Below, piece after piece: positions 37,119 to 48,330 of a DNA stretch of 51,022 nt. The notes under the pieces were generated by a model, which had not been told where the DNA came from, ran no database searches, and saw nothing but the letters and a program-made list of their open reading frames with translations. Every line of letters begins with the position of its first letter. Position 1 is the stretch's first letter. This DNA is from Polyangia bacterium (GTDB lineage: Bacteria; Myxococcota_A; Polyangia; Fen-1088), in assembly GCA_038325725.1 (NCBI GenBank), contig JBBQJG010000003.1:1-51022 (forward strand), written 5' to 3'. The translations under genes were made by a program, and so were the position numbers.

Positions 37119-37140
37119 GGGGGCGCAGCATAGCCCAACC

Positions 37141-37169
37141 TTGACCCCCGATCCCCTTCCTGCTATGCG
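37141..37169 (+). promoter_or_regulatory. Putative sigma70 promoter of yajC-secDF
   Basis: TTGACC-17 bp-TATGCG with a TG extension. Confidence 0.45.
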
Positions 37170-37194
37170 TTTGCGCGGCTGGGAGGCCTGATTC

Positions 37195-37560
37195 TTGAAC
37201 TCTATCCTCAATGCTCTCGCGCAAGCCGCGCCCGCTGGTGGCTCGCAGTCGTTTCTCACGAGCCAGCTGCCGCTGCTCCTGATTTTCTTCGCCATCTTCT
37301 ACTTCCTCGTTCTGCGCCCGCAGTCGAAGAAGGCGAAGGAGCACCAGGCGATGCTCTCCGAGCTCAAGAAGGGCGACGAAGTCGTCACGACGAGCGGCAT
37401 CATCGGCAAGATCAGCGGCCTGACCGACTCCGAGCTGACGTTGCAGGTTCAAGAAGGCGTCCGCCTCCGCGTGACCCGCGCTTCCGTGCAGGGTCGCTAC
37501 GGGGCGACGGCCGCCAAGGCCGAGAAGGCCGCCGACAAGTCCGACACGAAGGCGTCCTGA
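37195..37560 (+). CDS. yajC: Preprotein translocase subunit YajC
   Basis: IFYFLVLRPQ.KK.KEHQ, LKKGDEVVTTSGIIG. Confidence 0.96.
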   Translation: MNSILNALAQAAPAGGSQSFLTSQLPLLLIFFAIFYFLVLRPQSKKAKEHQAMLSELKKGDEVVTTSGIIGKISGLTDSELTLQVQEGVRLRVTRASVQGRYGATAAKAEKAADKSDTKAS

Positions 37561-37614
37561 GCGCGCGTCCCGACGCCCCCTCCTTCAAACTCGCAACCGA
37601 ACGAGAGATCTTCT

Positions 37615-39405
37615 ATGGAACGCTCCTGGTGGTGGAAGGCGGCCCTCTACGCAATCCTGACCGTTCTGGCCGGCCTCTACCTCGTACCGACCGTCGTCAA
37701 AGACGAGGCGCAGCCGGCCTTCTTGAAGAAATACTTCACGAAGAAGATTCAGCTCGGCCTCGACTTGCAGGGCGGCCTGCACATCGTCTACGAGGTCAAC
37801 ATCGACAAGGCGGTGGCCAGCAAGGTCGACCGCATCGCCACCGACATCGAAGACAAGCTGCGCAAGGACAAGGGCATCACGGCCCTCGTCGTGAACCGCG
37901 AAGGGCGCGACGACATCACGTTCGCGTTCACGCCGCCCGGCGACGCCAGCAAGCTCGACGACACGCTCCTGCGTGACCGCCGCAAAGAGCTCGACGTCAT
38001 CGAGCGCAGCACGTCGACGGGCATGGTCCGCCTGCGACTCGATCCCGATCAGGTCGAAGAGGTGCGCGACTACGCGCTCCGCCAGGCCATCGAGACGATC
38101 CGCCAGCGCGTCGATAAGTTCGGCCTCGCCGAGGCGACGATCATCAAGAAGGGCACCGACATCATCGTCGAGCTGCCCGGCCTCAAAGAGGCGGACTTCG
38201 AGCGCATCAAGTCGATCATCGGCAAGACGGCGCAGCTCGAGTTCAAGATCGTCGACGACGGCGCGGAGTACATGACGAAGAAGCTCGCGCCGGCCGTCAC
38301 GCCGGACTCGGGCATCGAGGTCAAGGTCGACTTCTGGCAGGAGAAGGACTCGGGCAAGCAGCACGAGGACACCTACCTGCTCGCGAAGAACCGAGACACG
38401 CTCGAGAAGTTCATCGGCGGTCTCAAGGGCGACCTCGCCGTGCCGAATGACCACGAGATCGGCTACGAGGAGCTCCAGTCGCGCAACGACGCGGGGGAGG
38501 TCACGCCCGACAAGAAGTGGCGCACGTACTACCTGCACAAGCGCGTGCAGCTCACGGGCGAGTACCTCACGAACGCCGACCAGACCTGGGACCAGCAGAC
38601 GGGCCGCCCCGAGATCTCGTACGAAATGGACCGCCAGGGCGGTGAGATCAACGAGCGCCTCACGGGCGAGAACGTCGGCCGCAAGATGGCCATCGTCCTC
38701 GACGAGAAGATCAACAGCGCGCCCGTCATCGAGGGCCGCATCGGCGCGCGCGGCCGCATCACGCTGGGGGGCTTCGGCGATCCCTTCGCGCAGCAGAACG
38801 AAGCGAAGGACCTCGTCGGCGTGCTCCGCTCGGGCGCGCTGCCCGCGCCGCTGCGCAAGACCTTCGAGACGCAGGTCGGACCGACGATGGGCGCCGATTC
38901 CATCGAGAAGGCGAAGTTCTCGATGTACATCGGCGCCGTCGCCGTCGTGCTCTTCATGCTCATTTACTACCGGCTCGCCGGCCTGCTCGCGAATATCGCC
39001 ATGATCCTGAACATGCTGTTCATGGTGGCGATCCTCGCGGCCTTCGAGGCGTCGCTGACGCTGCCGGGCATCGCGGGCCTCGTGCTCACGGTCGGCATGG
39101 CCGTCGACGCGAACATCATCATTTACGAACGCATTCGAGAGGAACTGCGGCTCGGCAAGTCGGTGCGCACGGCCGTCGACTCGGGCTTCCAGCGCGCCTT
39201 CTGGACGGTGTTCGACGCCCACGTCACGAACTTCGTCGCGGGCGTCGTCCTTTACTCCTACGGGTCGGGGCCCATCCGCGGCTTCGCCGTCACGCTGCTC
39301 GTCGGCATCGTGACGAACCTCTTCACTTCCTATTGGCTGTCGCACTGGATGTTCGACGCCGTCGTCGGTCGCCGGGGCGTCGCACGCGCGACGCTGTCGA
39401 TCTAA
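37615..39405 (+). CDS. secD: Protein translocase subunit SecD
   Basis: LGLDLQGG, IIVELPG, AIVLD, LRSGALPA, VGPTMG, LTLPGIAG, GMAVDANIIIYERIREE. Confidence 0.97.
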   Translation: MERSWWWKAALYAILTVLAGLYLVPTVVKDEAQPAFLKKYFTKKIQLGLDLQGGLHIVYEVNIDKAVASKVDRIATDIEDKLRKDKGITALVVNREGRDDITFAFTPPGDASKLDDTLLRDRRKELDVIERSTSTGMVRLRLDPDQVEEVRDYALRQAIETIRQRVDKFGLAEATIIKKGTDIIVELPGLKEADFERIKSIIGKTAQLEFKIVDDGAEYMTKKLAPAVTPDSGIEVKVDFWQEKDSGKQHEDTYLLAKNRDTLEKFIGGLKGDLAVPNDHEIGYEELQSRNDAGEVTPDKKWRTYYLHKRVQLTGEYLTNADQTWDQQTGRPEISYEMDRQGGEINERLTGENVGRKMAIVLDEKINSAPVIEGRIGARGRITLGGFGDPFAQQNEAKDLVGVLRSGALPAPLRKTFETQVGPTMGADSIEKAKFSMYIGAVAVVLFMLIYYRLAGLLANIAMILNMLFMVAILAAFEASLTLPGIAGLVLTVGMAVDANIIIYERIREELRLGKSVRTAVDSGFQRAFWTVFDAHVTNFVAGVVLYSYGSGPIRGFAVTLLVGIVTNLFTSYWLSHWMFDAVVGRRGVARATLSI

Positions 39406-39426
39406 CTGTAGTTTTTGGAGAACGTC

Positions 39427-40677
39427 ATGGCGGCCCAGAACCCCAATCAGAAGTTCTTCGAGATCATCCACCCGGGTGCGAAGTACGAATTCATCGGCAA
39501 GACCAAATACTGGGTCGCGCTGTCGATCTTCCTGACGTTGCTGACGATCGTCATGCTCCCGATCAACGTCGCGCGCCACGGGCACATGCTCAACTGGGGC
39601 GTCGACTTCCGCGGCGGCAGCGAGATCGTGATCCAGTTCTCGAAGCCGGTGGACGCGGGCGACGTCCGCAAGGCGCTCGCCGACATCCAGCTCAACGACG
39701 CCGACGTCGTGAAGTACGAGGATCCGTCCGGAAAGCACGCGTTCACCTTCATGATCCGCGCGGGCGCCGTCTCGGCGATCTCCGAGCCGCAGGCCAAGCA
39801 GCTCAAGGAAGCGATCGCCAAGGTCGGCGACGCCTCGCTCAAGCACTTCGAGTGGAACGAGGGCGGCGACAAGATCTACCTGCGCTTCGACAAGAACGTC
39901 GAGCCGACGACCCTCCAGACGTCGATCAAGGCGATCGGCGTCAACACGAACCAGGTGCAGCCGTTCGGCCGCTCCGAGGACCACACCTACGAGGTCACGC
40001 TCGTCGGCCTCGACACCGAGGTCCGCCGCGCCCTCGACGCACGCCTGGGGCCCGGCTCGGTCTCGGCGATCCCGCAGGTCGAGTCCGTTGGCGCCAAGGC
40101 CGGTAAGCAGCTGCAGTACGACGCGGCACGCTCGCTGATCTTCGCGATTCTCCTCATCATGGTGTACATCGCCTTCCGGTTCGACTTCCGGTATGGCCCG
40201 GGCACGGTGGTCGCGCTGTTGCACGACGCCGTCCTCGTCGTCGGAGCGTTCGCCGTCACGTACAAGGAGTTCTCGCTCACGACGGTGGCGGCGGTCTTGA
40301 CGATCATCGGCTTCTCGATGAACGACACGATCGTCGTCTTCGACCGCATCAGAGAGAACGCGGCGCGCCTGCGCGACCGCAAGTTCGACCGCGTCGTCAA
40401 TCAGTCAATCAATGAGACGCTGTCCCGCACGATCCTCACGAGCGCGACGGTCTTCTTCGTGACGCTCGCCATGAACGTGTTCGGCGTGGGCGTCATCCGC
40501 GACTTCGCCTTCGCGATGAACGTCGGCGTCATCGTCGGCACGTACTCGTCGATCTTCGTCGCGAGCCCGATCCTCATTTGGCTCAACGAGAAGTTCCTCG
40601 AGAGCCAGCGCCGCGCGCCGCTGCCGGGCAAGCCGAACCGCCGCAAGGCGGGCGACCTGCAGGCCGAAGAGCCATAG
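39427..40677 (+). CDS. secF: Protein translocase subunit SecF
   Basis: GVDFRGG, ALLHD, GFSMNDTIVVFDRIREN, TLSRTILTS, GTYSSIFVASP. Confidence 0.97.
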   Translation: MAAQNPNQKFFEIIHPGAKYEFIGKTKYWVALSIFLTLLTIVMLPINVARHGHMLNWGVDFRGGSEIVIQFSKPVDAGDVRKALADIQLNDADVVKYEDPSGKHAFTFMIRAGAVSAISEPQAKQLKEAIAKVGDASLKHFEWNEGGDKIYLRFDKNVEPTTLQTSIKAIGVNTNQVQPFGRSEDHTYEVTLVGLDTEVRRALDARLGPGSVSAIPQVESVGAKAGKQLQYDAARSLIFAILLIMVYIAFRFDFRYGPGTVVALLHDAVLVVGAFAVTYKEFSLTTVAAVLTIIGFSMNDTIVVFDRIRENAARLRDRKFDRVVNQSINETLSRTILTSATVFFVTLAMNVFGVGVIRDFAFAMNVGVIVGTYSSIFVASPILIWLNEKFLESQRRAPLPGKPNRRKAGDLQAEEP

Positions 40678-40756
40678 CGCGCCGCGACGGTCGTCGTCCG
40701 TCGCCGTGTGTTCGCTTCGCCTGTGACCCCTTCGGCGCGTGATAGTGTCGCCGCCG

Positions 40757-42454
40757 ATGCCGCGCACCGAGTGGGAGGCGATCGCCGTCGATGATGGGAT
40801 CGCCGCCGCCCTCGCGCTCGCGCTGAAGATTCGACCGCTCACGGCGCGCATCCTCGTCGGCCGCGGCCTCGGGGATTCGACGCGGGCCGGCCGCTTCCTC
40901 TCGCCGAAGCTGGCGGACATGCGGCCGCCCACGGGGATGGCTGACCTCGACAAGGCACTCGACCGCCTCGTCGCGGCCTTCACGGCGGGCGAGACGATCG
41001 GCGTCTTCGGGGACTACGACGTGGACGGCGTCACGACGGCGGCCGTGCTCGCGACGACGTTTCGCGCGTTCGGCGCCACCGTGATCCCACGGTGCGCCAG
41101 CCGCGACGCCGGCTACGGGCTCGGAGAGGCCGATGTAGCTCGCTTCGTCGCCGACGGCTGCCGCGTCCTCGTCACGGGTGATCTCGGCACGAGCGACCAC
41201 GACGCCCTGCGCGCCGCCCGCGCGGCCGGCCTCGACGTCATCGTCATCGACCACCACCAGATCCCCGAGGGCGAGTCGCCGGCCTTCGCGCTCATCAACC
41301 CGCGCCGCGCCGACGACGGCTTCCCCTTCAAGGGGCTCGCCTCGTGCGGCGTCGCGTTCTACCTCGCGGCGGCGCTGCGCTCGCGCTTGCGAGACGATCC
41401 CACGCGCGGCGTCGGCTTCGATCCGCGCGACCTGCTCGATCTCGTGGCGCTCGGCACGATCGCCGACGTCGTGCCGCTCGTCGACGAGAACCGCATCCTC
41501 GTGACGCACGGGCTGCGCGTGCTGACGGCGCGCAAGCGCCCGGCCATCGGCGCGCTCGCGAAGGTCTCTGAAATCGACGAGCGTCCCTTCACGGCCCACG
41601 ACGTCGGCTTTCGCCTCGCGCCGCGCCTCAACGCCGCGGGGCGACTCGGCGAGGCTCAGCTCTCCCTCGATCTGCTGCTCGCGCCCGACGCGGCCACGGC
41701 GGCGCGCCTCGCCGAGGAGTTGCAAGAGCGCAACCTGCAGCGCCAGCGGCTCCAGGAGATCATCTGGACCGAGGCGCTCGTGGCCGCCGCCGAGCAACAA
41801 CACGAGCCCGCGATCGTCGTCGGCGCCGAGGGCTGGCACGCGGGGATCGTCGGTATCATCGCGGCGCGCCTCGTCGACCGCTACGCGCGGCCCGTCGTCG
41901 TCGTCGGCTTTCGCGCCGGCGAGGGCCGCGGCTCGGCGCGCACGGTGCCGGGCTTCGATCTCTTCGCGGCGCTCTCGAGCTGTGCCGCGCACCTCGATCG
42001 CTTCGGCGGCCACGCCGCCGCCGCCGGCATGAGCGTGCGCGCGCCCGCGCTCGACGACTTTCGGCGCGCGTTCCTCGGCGCCGTCGCGGACCAGGCGCGG
42101 GGCCGCGTCGCGCCGCCCCTTCACGTGGACGCCGTCGTGGGCCTCGGCGAGCTCGACGTGTCCTTCGCCGAAGAGCTCGGGCGGCTCGCCCCCTTCGGCG
42201 CCGCGAACGCCGAGCCCGTCTTCGCCCTGTGCGGCCTCACGACCTATGGGACGAGGCTCGTGGGGCAGGGGCACCTGCAGCTCACGCTCGAGTCCGACGG
42301 CGCCATCGGTGAGGCGATCGCTTTCGGCATGGCCGCGCGCGATCCCGGCACGGGCGCGAGCCTCGACGTGCTCGCGACGGCCGAGCTCGACACGTTCCGC
42401 GGCAACCGCCGCGCGCGCCTCAAAGTCCGTGAGCTCTTCCCACGCGCGCAATGA
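40757..42454 (+). CDS. recJ: Single-stranded-DNA exonuclease RecJ
   Basis: GDYDVDG, IDHH, LVALGTIADVVPL..ENR, PRLNAAGR, GRGSAR, FGGHAAAAG. Confidence 0.96.
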   Translation: MPRTEWEAIAVDDGIAAALALALKIRPLTARILVGRGLGDSTRAGRFLSPKLADMRPPTGMADLDKALDRLVAAFTAGETIGVFGDYDVDGVTTAAVLATTFRAFGATVIPRCASRDAGYGLGEADVARFVADGCRVLVTGDLGTSDHDALRAARAAGLDVIVIDHHQIPEGESPAFALINPRRADDGFPFKGLASCGVAFYLAAALRSRLRDDPTRGVGFDPRDLLDLVALGTIADVVPLVDENRILVTHGLRVLTARKRPAIGALAKVSEIDERPFTAHDVGFRLAPRLNAAGRLGEAQLSLDLLLAPDAATAARLAEELQERNLQRQRLQEIIWTEALVAAAEQQHEPAIVVGAEGWHAGIVGIIAARLVDRYARPVVVVGFRAGEGRGSARTVPGFDLFAALSSCAAHLDRFGGHAAAAGMSVRAPALDDFRRAFLGAVADQARGRVAPPLHVDAVVGLGELDVSFAEELGRLAPFGAANAEPVFALCGLTTYGTRLVGQGHLQLTLESDGAIGEAIAFGMAARDPGTGASLDVLATAELDTFRGNRRARLKVRELFPRAQ

Positions 42455-42479
42455 CCTGGCGCTAGACTCCACGCGACCG

Positions 42480-42767
42480 ATGCCCCTTTACCGTCACACG
42501 AAGCTGCCACCGCCCCCCGAGCTGGGCACCAAGACCCTGTGGCAGTACCTGCCGCGGCAGAGCGTCCGGCGCGTTTTCTTCCTCCTGCTCGCGCTCGGCG
42601 CCGTGCTCGTCATTCGGGCCACGGGCGGCTTCTCGAAGTTCGGCACGCTCTTCGACGCGATCGGCGCGAGCCCCGCGCCACCGCGCCCCGGCGACGCTCC
42701 CGCGGCGCCCGTCTATCACATCAAGGTGACGCGCCCCGAGGGCACGCCGGCGACGGGCGCTCCGTGA
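42480..42767 (+). CDS. Small hypothetical single-TM protein
   Basis: 95-aa ORF filling the recJ-TerC gap, TM segment VFFLLLALGAVLVI, GTGA overlap with TerC. Confidence 0.6.
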   Translation: MPLYRHTKLPPPPELGTKTLWQYLPRQSVRRVFFLLLALGAVLVIRATGGFSKFGTLFDAIGASPAPPRPGDAPAAPVYHIKVTRPEGTPATGAP

Positions 42768-43711
42768 CGAGCCTCGGCGGTGTCGGCGGCACGTTCGGGT
42801 GGGCGGTCTTCGCGATCGTCGTCGTCACGATGTTGGCGCTCGACCTGGGCGTCTTTCACCGCAAGGCGCGCGCGCCGACCTTCCGCGAGGCGGCCCTATG
42901 GTCGGTCATCTGGATCTCGATCGCGCTCGCCTTCAACGGCTTCGTGCTCGTGCGCTTCGGCCAAGATCGCGCCCTCGAGTTCTTTCAAGCGTGGCTCATC
43001 GAGAAGGCGCTCTCGGTCGACAACCTCTTCGTGTTTCTCGCCGCGTTTTCGTACTTCGCCGTGCCCGCGCACCTGCAACACCGCGTGCTGTTCTGGGGCA
43101 TCCTCGGCGCGCTCCTCACGCGCGGCGTGTTCATCGCGCTGGGCGCCGCGCTGCTCGCGACCTTTCACTGGGTCATGTACATCTTCGGCGCGATCCTCGT
43201 CATCACGGCCCTGCGCCTCGTCTTCGGCGGCGACGAGGACCCACACCCCGAGCGAAACCCCGTCCTCAAGCTCTTCCGCAAGGTCTTCCGGGTCACGAAG
43301 GAGTACGAGGGCACGCACTTCATCACGAAGCGCGACGGCGTCTGGTTCGCGACGCCGCTGCTCATGGTCCTCGTCGTCATCGAGGCCTCCGACGTCGTCT
43401 TCGCCGTCGACTCGATCCCGGCGGTGTTCGGCATCACCCGCGACGTGTTCATCGTCTACACGTCCAACATCTTCGCGATCTTCGGGCTACGCGCGCTCGT
43501 CTTCGTCGTCGCGAGCCTCGTCCAGCGCCTCCACTACCTCAAGCCGGGCCTCGCGGGCATCCTCGCCTTCGTCGGCGTCAAGATGATCATCGCCGACTAC
43601 TACGCAATTTCTGACCTCGTCTCGCTCGCCGTCGTGGGCGGCATCCTCGCCTTGTCGGCGCTCGCCTCCCTCATGTTTGGGCCCGACAAGTCGACCGAGA
43701 AGTCAGCCTGA
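42764..43711 (+). CDS. TerC/Alx family membrane protein
   Basis: EKALSVDNLFVF, QHRVLFWGI, DVVFAVDSIPA, IVYTSNIFAI.GLR. Confidence 0.93.
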   Translation: MTSLGGVGGTFGWAVFAIVVVTMLALDLGVFHRKARAPTFREAALWSVIWISIALAFNGFVLVRFGQDRALEFFQAWLIEKALSVDNLFVFLAAFSYFAVPAHLQHRVLFWGILGALLTRGVFIALGAALLATFHWVMYIFGAILVITALRLVFGGDEDPHPERNPVLKLFRKVFRVTKEYEGTHFITKRDGVWFATPLLMVLVVIEASDVVFAVDSIPAVFGITRDVFIVYTSNIFAIFGLRALVFVVASLVQRLHYLKPGLAGILAFVGVKMIIADYYAISDLVSLAVVGGILALSALASLMFGPDKSTEKSA

Positions 43712-45157
43712 CGCGTTGGCCGCCGCGACGCGCTTCGCGACCCGACCGAGGCCGTCGTAGGCCGCGTACTTGTAGAGCTCGGCGAGCGTCGGAAAGTTGA
43801 AGACGCTGTCGATGAAGACGTCGATGCCGCCGCCCGTCGTCATCACCATCTGACCGATGTGCACGAGCTCGGTCGCGCGGTCGCCGATGATGTGAACGCC
43901 GAGCAGCTTCTTCGTCGTCGGATCGAAGAGGAGCTTCAACGTCCCGTCCGACTCGCCGATGATCTGTCCCCGCGCGTTCTGTTCGTAGCGCGCGCGCCCG
44001 ACCTCGTAGGGCGTGCCCTTGGCCTTGAGCTCCTCTTCGGTCGCGCCGACCTGCGAGATCTCGGGAATTGTATAAACGCCAAACGGCGTGAGCGGCGCGA
44101 CGTGCGTCTTGTAGGGCAGGCCGAACGCGTGGCAGGCGGCGACGCGCCCTTGCTCCATCGACACCGACGCGAGCGCGGGATTGCCGATGACGTCGCCCGC
44201 GGCGTAGATGTGCGGCTGCGACGTCTGGAACTGCGCGTTCACGGGGATGCGCCCGCGCGCGTCGACGGTGAGCCCGGCGCGGTCGAGCGCGAGGCCCGCC
44301 GTGTTGCCCGCGCGGCCCGCCGAGTACAGGACCTTGTCGACTTGCAACACCTTGCCGCTCTTGAGCACGATGCGCAGCGGCCCGCCCGGGACGCGCGCGA
44401 TCGACTCGACGGCGTCGCCGAGCATGACCTCGTGGCCGTTGCGCTCGAGCGACATCTTCATGCCTGACGACATCTCGCCGTCGAGCCCGCCGAGCAGCGC
44501 GCCGCGCCCCTCGATGATGATGATCGCCGTGCCGAGCGCGCCGAAGAGGCACGCGTATTCGCACCCGATGACGCCACCGCCGACGACGGCGAGCGACAGC
44601 GGAATCCGATCCAGGTCGAGGATCGTGTCGCTGTCTTCTACATCGGGATCGTCGAAGGGCACGCCGGCCGGCCGGTGCGGCGAGCTGCCGGGCGCGAGCA
44701 GGAAGTAAGGCGCGCGCAGCGTGCGCGTCGCCTTGTCGCCGGAGACGACCTGGATCTCGTTCGGCCCCGTGAACGACGCCTCGCCCTTGACGATGGTGAC
44801 GCCGTGGCGCTCCATGTTGCGATCGATCTGCGCGACCTGCTGCTCGGTGACGACGCGGATGCGCCCCATGAGCTGCCGCAAGCTCGCGTCGCGATCGACC
44901 TCGAGCGACATGCCATACAGGCGTCGGCGCTGAAATCCCGTCATGTAGAGCGCCGTCTCACGCAGCGTCTTGCTCGGGAGCGTGCCCGTGTGGACGCTCG
45001 CGCCGCCGAGCGCGGGCGCGCGCTCGACGAGCGCGACGCGCTTGCCGAAGTACGCCGCCTGCGCCGCGCCTTTTTCACCGGCGGGCCCGGAACCAATGAC
45101 GACGAGATCGAATTCGTCGCCGTTGCCCCCGGGCGCGTTCGCGACAGGCTCGCTCAC
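43703..45157 (-). CDS. sthA: Soluble pyridine nucleotide transhydrogenase
   Basis: GSGPAGEKGA.QAA, HTGTLPSKTLRE, AGDVIG.P.LAS.SMEQGR, FNFPTLAELYK.AA.DGL. Confidence 0.9.
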   Translation of the reverse strand: MSEPVANAPGGNGDEFDLVVIGSGPAGEKGAAQAAYFGKRVALVERAPALGGASVHTGTLPSKTLRETALYMTGFQRRRLYGMSLEVDRDASLRQLMGRIRVVTEQQVAQIDRNMERHGVTIVKGEASFTGPNEIQVVSGDKATRTLRAPYFLLAPGSSPHRPAGVPFDDPDVEDSDTILDLDRIPLSLAVVGGGVIGCEYACLFGALGTAIIIIEGRGALLGGLDGEMSSGMKMSLERNGHEVMLGDAVESIARVPGGPLRIVLKSGKVLQVDKVLYSAGRAGNTAGLALDRAGLTVDARGRIPVNAQFQTSQPHIYAAGDVIGNPALASVSMEQGRVAACHAFGLPYKTHVAPLTPFGVYTIPEISQVGATEEELKAKGTPYEVGRARYEQNARGQIIGESDGTLKLLFDPTTKKLLGVHIIGDRATELVHIGQMVMTTGGGIDVFIDSVFNFPTLAELYKYAAYDGLGRVAKRVAAANASG

Positions 45158-45999
45158 GAGTCGGTCACCCGCCGGTGCGTGAGGCAGGGCAGGTTGGCGC
45201 GCACGCGGTCCTGGTAGGCGAAGTCCAACCGCGCGAGCGCGTAGCCTTCATGATCGCCGCACTCGGCGAGGACGGCGCCCCACGGATCGACGACGAGCGC
45301 GTGGCCGTAGCTGCGGCGCTTGCCGCCGTGCGCGCCGAACTGCGCGGGCGCGAAAATATAGAGCTGGTTCTCGACGGCGCGGGCGCGCAGCAACAGGTGC
45401 CAGTGATCCTTGCCCGTCTCGAGCGTGAACGCGGAGGGCACGGCGACGATCCGCGCGTCGCGCGTCCCGAGCGCGCGGTACAGCTCCGGAAAGCGGAGGT
45501 CGTAGCAGATCGTGAGGCCGAGCCCGCCCCACGGCGTGTCGGCGACGACGATGTCTTCGCCGCGCTCGACCGACTCGGACTCGCGGAACCGGAGGCCGCC
45601 CGGGACGTCGACGTCGAACAAGTGAATCTTCCGATACAACGCGGCAATCTCACCGTCGGGCCGCAACAGGACCGACGTGTTGCGGATGTGCGTCGGGGCC
45701 TCACCGCGCTCGGGGAACCCACCGAGCAGCAACCACGCATCCGCCTCGCGGGCGACCGTCTGCATCGCGCTCAGTATCGGACCGGGGGCGGGGCCCTTGA
45801 GCCGGGTCTCCGGCAAGTCCTCGGCGATCGACAACCGGTGATCCCGGTCGGCGCCGAGGTGAGCAAAGTTTTCCGGCAGCCCGATGAGCTCGGCACCGGC
45901 GCGCGCGGCGTCGCGCACGAGAGCGGCGCAGCGCGCGAGATTCGCCCCGACATCCTCGGTAGACGTCACCTGAACGGCCGCGACGGCGAGGGCGGACAT
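45154..45999 (-). CDS. Carbon-nitrogen hydrolase, Nit1/deaminated-glutathione-amidase-like
   Basis: E-K-C triad: LPENF, YRKIHLFDV, ICYDLRFPE; TGKDHW.LLLRARAVENQ. Confidence 0.9.
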   Translation of the reverse strand: MSALAVAAVQVTSTEDVGANLARCAALVRDAARAGAELIGLPENFAHLGADRDHRLSIAEDLPETRLKGPAPGPILSAMQTVAREADAWLLLGGFPERGEAPTHIRNTSVLLRPDGEIAALYRKIHLFDVDVPGGLRFRESESVERGEDIVVADTPWGGLGLTICYDLRFPELYRALGTRDARIVAVPSAFTLETGKDHWHLLLRARAVENQLYIFAPAQFGAHGGKRRSYGHALVVDPWGAVLAECGDHEGYALARLDFAYQDRVRANLPCLTHRRVTDS

Positions 46000-46113
46000 G
46001 GGGCGGCAAGTTAACACGCCCACCCGATCAGCGGCGATCAGCCGGAACGACGCCGCGCGGGTCCCGTGCCAAAACCCCTCGCGAATCCGCGCCGTTACGC
46101 CAGATTGCCATCC

Positions 46114-46142
46114 TTGCGCCCTCCAGATCACCATGTTATAAG
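46114..46142 (+). promoter_or_regulatory. Putative sigma70 promoter of the rimP operon
   Basis: TTGCGC-17 bp-TATAAG with a TG extension. Confidence 0.5.
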
Positions 46143-46176
46143 CCACTCCCTAAAACTTACGTTGCCTCCTGAAAGC

Positions 46177-46206
46177 AGGGTGGGCCGCGTGCCTGCCCTT
46201 TTTTTT
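46177..46206 (+). terminator. Leader intrinsic terminator/attenuator upstream of rimP
   Basis: AGGGTGGGC-CGCGT-GCCTGCCCT stem (two G-U pairs) running into T8. Confidence 0.75.
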
Positions 46207-46289
46207 GTCCAAAGCACGACCTTTACGACCGCGAAACAGAACCTTCCGACAACGCGAAACCGGAGCAAAAGTCGCCTCAAAGCCCGCCC

Positions 46290-46795
46290 ATGCGAAAGGA
46301 CCTCAAAGATTTGTGGCTGCTCGCCGAGCCCTACGTCCGCGATGCGGGCTTCGAGCTCATCGAAGCCACGTCGGGCCGTGAGGCCACGGGGTGGGTCCTG
46401 CGTCTCTTCATCGACGTGTCCGAGGACGCGTCGAAGGCGGGGGCGGCCGTTTCGCACGAAGACTGTGCGCGCGTGAGCCGAGATGTTTCGGCCGCGCTCG
46501 ACGTCGCAAATTTGATGACTCACGCGTACCAGCTCGAAGTGAGCTCGCCAGGGCTTGATCGGCCCCTTCGGCGAGAGGGAGATTTTGCGCGGTTTGCGGG
46601 GCAGAACGCCCGCATCCGTCTAGGTGATGGGGGCGGGGTAGAGGGTCGGCGCAACTTCTCTGGAGTGATCCGCGGGGCCAAGGATGGCCGCGTCGAGATC
46701 GAGTGTGATGGCCGGTCTTACCAGCTTCCGATCGACGAGATCGGTAAAGCGAACCTCGTTCCCGACTGGGAGCAAGAATTCCACCGGAGCGCTTC

Positions 46796-46799
<4 letters not shown>
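46290..46799 (+). CDS. rimP: Ribosome maturation factor RimP
   Basis: [41 protein letters not shown]. Confidence 0.95.
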
Positions 46800-48262
<1,463 letters not shown>

Positions 48263-48330
48263 AGAGATGGCGAAATTCGCGCTCATCAGCCGGCGCGTCC
48301 CCGGCCACGTCGAAGGCGCCGCCCCTCGTT

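Noticed and set aside
36510-37133. 207-aa plus-strand ORF containing the EIRDFIAFADDEV peptide
   Set aside because: It overlaps two better-supported genes; only the epmA-tail segment is meaningful
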